A DNA stretch of 64,000 bases, from positions 2,817,957 through 2,881,956 of the forward strand of contig CAVNZM010000016.1 in the NCBI GenBank assembly GCA_963693365.1, in the 5' to 3' direction. The stretch comes from Amoebidium appalachense (taxonomy: Eukaryota > Protista > Ichthyosporea). Made by a program: the position numbers and the translations under genes. Under the pieces are notes generated by a model. The model worked only from the letters and a program-made list of their open reading frames with translations, was not told the DNA's origin and did not search any database. Shown here in pieces: positions 56,266 to 64,000 of the stretch (the stretch's first letter is position 1; each line of letters opens with the position of its first letter).

Positions 56266-57977
56266 TGGGAGGGGAGAAGGGGGGGGTTGTTTAACACGGA
56301 CCTGCCTAGACAGCTTTCTGAGTGCACCCACCGATGGGCGTGGCGATGACTGGACCCTAACTGTCTGTATGCTCTCATAGGACACCACCAGCACTAGGTC
56401 CACAAACGGCACATACTCACGCACAACCTGCAAAGGGAGTGGGTGGGTTACGCCATGCATGTGGGGCAGGGACGGGTAGGCACAGGTGAATGAAGACACA
56501 GCCACAGAAACAGACCCACACCAACAAGTGAGCACACACACGTGCGCACACACATACACAACCAAACACAAGCACCCACCCAACCATCCACACACACCCA
56601 CACCCCTCCCCCCCCCCCCCCCCACCACACACACACAGAGAGAGATAGAAAGGCACATGTATGCACGCCTCCCCCCCCCCCCCCTCCCCCCTCCCCCTCC
56701 CCCCCCTTCCCCCCCTTGCCCCTCCCCTCCCCCCCCCCCCCCAGCCCCTCTCCCCCACACATATACACCCACGAGCCCTCCCTCCCCCCCCCCCCCCCCC
56801 CCCAAATCCCACCCATCCACCAACCCCCCCCCCCCCCCCCCCCCCCCATCAAAACTCCACACAAGCCCTCCTCATCAACTTCGCAACACCCCACCCCATC
56901 CCCCCCTCCCAACTCACCCCTCCTCCCATCAATCCTTCCCCTCCCCACCCCACTAACCCCCCCACCCCCAGCCCCACAATCTCAACCACTCCCCCTCTCC
57001 CCCACCCACCCACCCACCAAAACGCACCTGTATTGCCTTATCTAGAGCCTCATCGAGTATGGGGTTACGTAAGGCCTTAGACAGCTGTCTGAGTGCTATG
57101 TGCTTCCTTCGTGCCCTTGCTGTGTCTCCGATAAAGTTATCCACCATCTCCCCCCACCGCACTAGTGTGCGCACGAGGTTGGGGGGGGTAGCGACTATCA
57201 CAGCATTTGACTAGCACCCCACCAAGGTAGGTGTCTGATACGTCTAGGCGGGTGCCTACGTACATGACCCCGTTGATGACTTGCTTGAATTCACCGTTGC
57301 TCTGGTGCCAGAGGTGTATTGTTAGAATGTGTGCATTATGTGCAAGTTAAGGGCAAGGTGTATGGGCTGTGTAGCAGTGGATTGCATGAACAAATGTGAT
57401 AGTTGCATGTGTGTGGGTGTATGCAAGCACGTGATGTGTGTGAGCATGTTTGTGTGCACGCGTCTGTGGTTTTGTTGTGCATGTAGCTGGCTCGTGTGTG
57501 TGAGCAAGTATGTTTGCATGTGTGTGCATGTGAACCCGCGTCTTCGTGTGGACCCGTGTAGGGTGGGGTGGGGGTGGGAATGGGATGTGTGTGTGTGGAG
57601 GGGGGGGGGGGGAGAAGAGGGTGCATGTGCACGTGTTCGAGTGCCTCTATGAAGGTCCGTGCGCCCCTGTGTGTGTGCATGTGCGAGTGTATGGCCATCA
57701 TCCATAATTATGCACATGTGCTCGTAGACACGTGTGTGTGTGTGTGTGCATGTGCCCGCACGCGCATTTGCACGCCTGTGAGTGTGTGTGCCTGTGTGTG
57801 TATGTGTGCGCGTCTGTGTGCTCGAGTTTGTGTGCCTGTGTGTGTATGTGTGCGCGTCTGTGTGCTCGTATGTCTGTCTGTGTGTGCTTTTGTGTAAGTG
57901 AGTGCGAATGTGAATGTGTGTTTGGGGTGTGCGTGCCTGTGAGCCTGTGTAAGCGTGAGCGTTGGTGTGTGTGTGTG

Positions 57978-58033
<56 letters not shown>

Positions 58034-58727
58034 ACATGTGTCTGTATGCAAGTGGGGAGGGTGTGGGATGCGTGTGCGCGTACGGTTACCTAGTGTCTGT
58101 GTGCGCATGTGTGCGCGCTGAAACATACAGTGCCTATGGACATCCCGTGTTATATGTGTTGGTGTGCATGTATGAATACATAGTGTGTATGCCCGTTGTG
58201 CACGCGCACTTTTGAGTGTGAATGTGGGTGCAAGTGTGCTCAGAGCACTGACAGCCTTAATACACTACAGCGCCAGTGTAGTGTATGATGTCACCTTCCT
58301 TTTCCCACCCAGAGCCCTCCCCCTCCCCCCCCCCCCCCCACACTCACACACACACAAACACAACCCCTCCCCGATCCTCCCCCCGTCCCCTTGGCCGCCC
58401 CCTGCCGTGCTTTACCCCTCAAACAGTCAACCTGCTTCCTAATCCCTACCCCCCCACCCCCGGGCCCTCCCCTGCATCACTGCCCCATCACTGCGCACCA
58501 TGGCAAATATTGCTGATTACAGTAGGTACTGCCCCAAATTCCTCTCCCCAGAAAACCCAAGCGATTCATTAGCCCCCCCCCCCCCTCCCCCTCCCCCCCC
58601 CCCCCCCCAATGCTGCAACCCAACTGACTCTGCCCTTCCTCCCCCTCCCACCCGCCCATTCACTCACCCCGCCTTCGTTGCCATCTGCCCCCCCCCCCCC
58701 CCCCCCCCCCCCCTTCCCCCCTTCCCC

Positions 58728-58758
<31 letters not shown>

Positions 58759-60321
58759 ACACAAAAAAAGAAAGAAAGAAAGAAACAAAAAAAGGAAAGG
58801 TATACGTACCTGGGTGTGAGTCTATGAGCGTGTGAACGAGTGTGAGTGTGAGTGTCTGTGTGCGTGTGCACACATGTGTGTATGTGTATGTCTGTGATAT
58901 CCATAACAATTTAAACAACAACTCAGCATTGCCCACCCACCTTTATCTCTGCAAACACAGCATCTATGTCCTCCCTCTCGATGCCAAAGGCCTGCCTCTC
59001 ATGCAGTGGATACACAAAGTCCACATACTGCTGTGTCTCGTCCAGTGTGCGCACCCACAGGGCCTCACTTCCTTCCATCTGGTCAAACCCCGTAGGCAGC
59101 AGGTGGTTCATGAGCGTGGCCATGGACCAGTTGTGCGCAATCGCATCTTCCAAAACATCGTCTACTCGCTCGATCATGTTGAGGATGCTGTTGGATACGT
59201 TGAGCTCTGCCTGCATCTCTTTCATGTACTCGCGTAGCTCGGTCTCACCCATGCTGTCCACATTGACGTTCTGTGCGGGTGTCCAAGCAAAACTTAATCA
59301 CTGTACATTTCCTACTCTTTTTTATTTTCAAGAAAACCGGGGGGAAAGGGAGGCAGGATGCGGGGAGGGGGGGAGGGAGAGGAGGGGAAATGCAGTGGGG
59401 GCCAGAGGAAAGAATGTGTGTGTGTGTGTGTGTGGGTGGGTGGGTGGGTGGGTGGGTGGGTGTGTATGTGTGTGCGTCCGTGTGCGCGTGCGCGTGCGCG
59501 TGTGGAGTGCTGGGACCCGGGGGAAATGATGGGTAAGAGGAAGGTGCGTAGGAGTGTGTGTTGCAGGAAGAGAGCAGAGGAGTGACAACCGTGAGGATGG
59601 TGCCCAGATGCAGGGGCAGGGCCAGGGGCTTAGTGTTGGAATGCAGGTGAACGCGAGCTTCTAGTCCGGCCCCGAGGGGAAGGGGGAGGGGGGAGGGGGA
59701 TGATTGGGTGCACGGCCCATATACATGTTCTTTGTTTTATACGGGGGGAAAACGTGATGATTGTGTGTTTACAGGTGTCAGTATGTGGTCATGGGTATTT
59801 CAGTATCGACAGCGAAGAAGAGGTTGGTGACTGCTAGGAGATTGGCTTCTTGAAAAACGTGCTGCATGCCTGCCTGCAACTCCGAATGATTTCTCGGGTA
59901 CAAGCTTCATCGGCCATGTGCAATTGTGCTTTTGCATTCGGTTGATCGATGTGAAGGTGTGCTATTTCCCCTCCATTCACACCTTTCACATGAGGATTTA
60001 ATGCTGAGTGTGTATACATACAGCCGCCTTAGAAAAATCTGGGCACACGCCCAGACATACAACACATCTAAAAGCAGGCCAGGCACGCACCTGCCTAAAG
60101 AAGACCTGCTGCTGGGCCTCTGGTGCCAGCAGGGGTGAGGCCGTGCCCCTCAGCTGCCTTGACAGGTTGCCCCGTGGGCCGGGTCTGACAGGGCTCTTTG
60201 GCGGCTGCAGCTGTACGGGCAACTGCAGCTCCTGCGTCAGTCTTCGACAGCTGTCCAGGTAGTTGGTGGCGTTAAGCAGCAGCCGGTCGTGGGCCGTGTT
60301 GGGCCCCGGCGGCTTCGCCAT
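46188..60321 (-). CDS. Soluble class III adenylate (adenylyl/guanylyl family) cyclase, ~703 aa, 17 exons
   Basis: Exons 60321-60091, 59270-58941, 57301-57028 (one extra base in the G8 run at 57181-57188), 56427-56302, 55231-55135, 54784-54759, 54551-54441, 52543-52437, 52151-52062, 51793-51707, 50987-50912, 50674-50611, 49221-49110, 48784-48673, 48254-48216, 47718-47581 and 46280-46188 (last exon least certain). Catalytic motifs [52 protein letters not shown]. Lys at the substrate position indicates ATP. No TM segments seen. Confidence 0.88.
49303..49541 (-). mobile_element. Copy of the poly-C-associated family, subfamily 2, with the complete structured core
   Basis: Reverse strand reads poly-C, CATAAGCAACCCTGCTCGTCTCTGATCAAGACGGGTGACCTACCC...CCTGAGGATGGGCTCTGCTTAT...GACGCATTCAAA, poly-C. 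Confidence 0.82.
52316..52456. repeat. 48-bp tandem repeat x3 overlapping an exon/intron boundary of the cyclase gene
   Basis: Unit ATTTAGGTATTTAGGATACACTTACAGCAGTATATCTCTGCAGTATTG at 52316, 52364 and 52412. Confidence 0.9.
52688..54194. repeat. 94-bp satellite-like tandem array, 16 copies, intronic
   Basis: Unit CAAGGTTTAAATGCTAGGGTTAAAGTGTAATTCTTGGGAACACCATGCCTCAACACATGGACGACAGACAAGCACAAGCAAATTCAGACAGATA; two 95-bp variants; no unique spacers. Confidence 0.97.
55899..56266. repeat. Compound microsatellite (GCGAGT)n-(GCGAGA)n-(GCGTGA)n-(GCGTGT)n-(GCGT)n
   Basis: Read directly; neighbouring hexamer blocks differ by one base. Confidence 0.93.
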
Positions 60322-60902
60322 GCTGGTGGTCATTGGTGGGCTGTCGGATGGGATGGGATGGGCAATGGCGAAAGGAAGAAACCAACGTGCTCTAAGGTGC
60401 GGTACCTGATGTGATTCTAAGCCCAAGATGCCAGGGGTAATGTATTAGTGTAAGGTCTAATCTATGCTGGCGCTGGACGAGGTCTATGTTTCAGTCTCTA
60501 CAACTGTGCCTTATCACGAATTTTTTGTTTTGATGTGAAGTCATAAGCCTTACCAAACTAGTAAGGTGGAAATTTGCAATCAGCATGGTGGCATAACAGC
60601 AGTCAGCACACAAAGCCACAATTCAACCCATGCAACCTGTACTCATTCAGAAAACGTGTACCTGGGCATTGTTAGCTCTTTCTATTACTAATTCAGTGGA
60701 ATTGTCAAAAAAAAAAAACCTTCTGCGAAAGTGGTGTGTGTGAATGGACAGTCACAAATTGTCAAGGTTTGTGTCCATGGACCGTGGTGCATTCCACAAG
60801 GAGCCTAGCCAATGGAATGAATGGATAGCGAATAAAACGGATGCCTTATTAGGGACATCTGGGTGGTGAGAGCGCCGCGTGATAAGTAGGCTTAATCTAC
60901 TG

Positions 60903-60935
60903 CACGGCCATCTAGGGTGTTTCTAGATGGCCGTG
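60903..60935. other. Perfect 13-bp inverted repeat CACGGCCATCTAG-N7-CTAGATGGCCGTG
   Basis: Seen directly; 60915-60936 is the exact reverse complement of 18983-19004. Confidence 0.7.
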
Positions 60936-61415
60936 ATCTAATGAAAAGTGCTCATCCCGATTCCTGAAATTCCGATGAATCCGATCGCGATGGTTACAGT
61001 TGTATCGTGAAGAAGAGTATGTGAACACAATTGAAATAGGCTTATATTATATAAATTAGTAGAAATTAAAGAAATTTTCTTTTGATTACTCTGAAAAAGG
61101 CTTTTCAAATCCATATTCTGAATATGTGAGGGTGCCTTCAACAGTGTTGAAGGCACAGCCATTTATTGTAAGTCATTTTGTCCAATAGATGAAGTAAAGT
61201 TAGCGGCGCGATTTGCCGTACTCACCTTCAGCGAGTTTGGCCGGCCCTTGAGCTGTAGCCCTGCTGGCTGCTGCTTTTTGCTGCCCTGCTGCTTTTTTTG
61301 TTTGTTTGTTTGTTTGTTAGCTTTATTACGGAATATATTGTAGTACTGTAGTGCCCACCCAGTCTCTGTACGCCTCCGTGGCTCATGAGTCAGACCGTGA
61401 AATATTAGTTGCTAT

Positions 61416-61426
61416 TTTGGCGGGAA
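61416..61426. promoter_or_regulatory. E2F-type site (TTTGGCGGGAA) in the divergent cyclase/VDAC intergenic region
   Basis: Motif match only; the same core occurs at 3816-3826. Confidence 0.3.
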
Positions 61427-61523
61427 TGGAGCTCATTAATTACATTTTACGCAAAACAAGGGCCTACTTACTCTCGAGCTCATGAGTCCGGTAGTCACTC
61501 TCTGAGTGCTGTCTTCCCTGCGG

Positions 61524-61560
<37 letters not shown>

Positions 61561-61842
61561 CATGTTGCCGCAGTGCCCGGCCACTTACGTAAGCCAGTGG
61601 GTACATATCCTTGGAGACTTTGAGTCCGGTGGAACGTTAGCCCACACGGTCCACACGGTCACCCTACTGCCGCTGAAAAAAAGAGCTAATAATACCTACG
61701 TTCCGGCCTCGCGGTGTACTGCTACATGCACAGGTGGCGTGCTTTCTATAAAGCCACATTCTATATGTAGATACTGGCACAGGTGCACACCTAGTACGCT
61801 TTACTTGTGTTATCTGCCCAGGTGTGTGGCTGTAAGCACAGG

Positions 61843-63433
61843 ATGATACCCCCGCGGTTTAGTGACGTTGGCAAGGCTGCCAGCGACTGTCTGGCGAAGG
61901 ATTTCGACGTGGGCCGCCTGAGCGTGACTGCGTCAGCCCTGTCCCAAAGCAACGTGGTATGCCTCTGCCCCTTCCATCCCCCCCCCCCCCCCCTCCCCCC
62001 TCCCCGCTCCCCCCCCCCCCTCTCCCCCCCTCCCCCCCCCCCCCCCTGGGTGCCTGTGTCCCCTATGCCCTCGCTTGCGTGTGTCTGCACGTGTATACTG
62101 CGTTCTCCTGCGTGTTTGTGTGGGTGAACCTGGCTTATAACATACTTTGCCCGTTCCCCTCCCTTCTTCCTCCGCTTTCCCTTCCAAACACACGTACAGC
62201 CTTCCTCTCCCCCTCCCCCCTCTCCTCCCCCCTCCCCCCTCCCCCTCCCCCCCCCCCTTGCCCTTCCCACCCTCATCCCTCGAATCCTACCGTACAATTT
62301 ATGGGAGATGATTGACCGAAAAAGACACGGGAATCAGGTTGAAGAGTAAGGCCAATAAATAGTGGCTAGAGTGACAAGGGTGTGAAGTGTAATGCCGTAG
62401 CAGCCATGCCTGAAGATCGAGAGAGTTGGCAGGGAAGGAGACATGAAGTTTGTGGTTATGTACTTGCATCCTGGGTGGGGTGGGGTTTTCCTGTGTGTGT
62501 GTGTGTGTTTGGGGGGGGGGAGGGGGGGGGGCCTCGTGCACCTTGAATAGTGGCTGATGAAGACTTGATTGTGTGTTTAGTTATTCCGTGTTTCTCTTGT
62601 TGTGTGTGTTGAGTGTTTTGGAAAGGAGGTTATAGGGTGTTCAGAGGGGTCTAAGGCGGCAATAAGAACCATGTGTGTGCAGGAGCTCAAGACGCACGGG
62701 ACTGTGGACAACAAAACAAACAGTGCTAGCGGGGACCTGGAGCTGACCTTTAGGGTGCCGTGGCTGGGCACTAGTCTGGCCACACGCTGGATGACTGCAA
62801 ACGTGGTGGCGGCAAACGTAAAGTGGGTGTTTTGGGTGGGTGGTGGTTTTTTGGTTCTTTTTTTTGTGGGGGGGGGGGGGGGGGGGGGAAGGGGGGGGAG
62901 GGGGGGGGGGGGGGGGGGGGGGGGGGAGCAGAGTGATAGAAAAGGGCAGGGTTGTGTGTACTTGCAGTGCGCAGTAGACGGGTTGATGGGTTATTGCATC
63001 TTTGTGAACAGACCCAGAGCACGTGCATGTTCATGTCAGTGTGGAGGCGTGGGGGGGGGGGGGGGGGGGGGGGGGTCTTGTCAAAGGGTGGGGAGTGAGA
63101 GAACAAGCACAGGGAAGGCGGGGTTGGGAACATGGAAATATGGGTTACTACTGCATGTAAGTTTGTGTGCTGCTGTGGTGGGGCCTGATTATTCCCCCCC
63201 CCCCCCCCCCCCCCCCCCCCCGGGGAATGGGTGTGTATGGACACTCTTCCTGTTGGTTCTATTTTTCTTATCGCGGTGTCTCTACACAAAGTGATGGCAG
63301 GACTCACCCACATCTTGGATATGTCCCTAATTCACCGCCATGTGTCTAACCCCACTTTGTGCTGCAGGATTGAGGATGCGGTGGCCGAGAATCTTTCGTT
63401 GGAGTTTGACGGCAAGTTCATGCACACCAGTGG
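61843..63433 (+). CDS. VDAC: Voltage-dependent anion channel (mitochondrial porin), first three coding exons; continues beyond the window
   Basis: Exons 61843-61956, 62683-62822 and 63368-63433 give MIPPRFSDVGKAASDCLAKDF...SNV-ELKTHGTVDNKTNSASGDLELTF...RWMTANVVAANVK-IEDAVAENLSLEFDGKFMHTSG, colinear with the eukaryotic porin N-terminus (PPxYxDxGKxAxD; WxTxN; EDxxAxGL). Confidence 0.9.
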
Positions 63434-63506
63434 GTACGCCTTAGAGCACACGGTCATTCACTGACCACAGCACGGGCACAACACACACACGCATCCATAC
63501 ATGCAT

Positions 63507-63558
<52 letters not shown>

Positions 63559-64000
63559 GCACACAGACACAGACACACACACACTTGACACGCATGCACA
63601 CACACGCGTGCGCACGCACACGCACACACACAAATGCATGGTGCGCGCGCGCGCGCGCACACACACACACACACACTGCTGCTGGCCCTAGGTTGGAGGA
63701 CACCGATTATACAAACACGTGTATATGCTCATGCAAAAGCGTTCATGCATGCAGACATATGCCCTAAGGGTGCCCATGTCTGCATGTTCGTGAGCACTTG
63801 AAAAGAGTCGTCTGTTGATATTCTTCTTAGACTTATTCGATGATATGTTTCCATTCTCCCCACCCCTCCTCCCACCTTCAACCAATCGCCTATTCGATGA
63901 CCTTGTCCGTATCCCTCCATTTTCACCTTTAGTGCTGATGTACTTACCCCACCCCGCAATCCCATCCACCAACCCTTCACGATCTCTGGCCACGATGGTG

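Noticed and set aside
55765-56862. RS/RT-repeat 'SR protein' ORF
   Set aside because: The RS/RT run is the compound microsatellite; only 56302-56427 is a cyclase exon.

Overview
Eukaryotic, intron-rich genomic DNA whose introns and intergenic regions are filled with poly-C/poly-G tracts and (CA)n, (GCGT)n, (CT)n and (CAC)n microsatellites, so most short ORFs in the track are repeat artefacts. The VDAC intron positions and gene content suggest an opisthokont, possibly a unicellular holozoan such as an ichthyosporean (inference). By manual GT-AG splicing I built nine gene models: 3' end of EBP2; a 7-8 TM receptor-like protein; an intronless Ser/Thr/Pro-rich coiled-coil protein; an intronless double calflagin-like EF-hand protein; a hypothetical protein with a weak TET/JBP-like signature; a 13-exon type I membrane protein; a HUA1-like proline-rich zinc-finger protein; a 17-exon soluble, bacterial-like class III adenylyl cyclase; and the 5' part of VDAC. 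Mobile DNA includes a complete young Copia-derived miniature LTR element (identical-looking 443-bp LTRs, half-tRNAiMet PBS, AAAAT TSD) and a hAT-like MITE. The most interesting signal is a dispersed retroelement-like family (6 copies, 2 subfamilies). Every copy sits in a poly-C tract in the same orientation, with a fixed ...CGCATTCAA end and a variable other end. The longer copies carry a ~160-nt pseudoknotted RNA fold supported by compensatory changes between the subfamilies.
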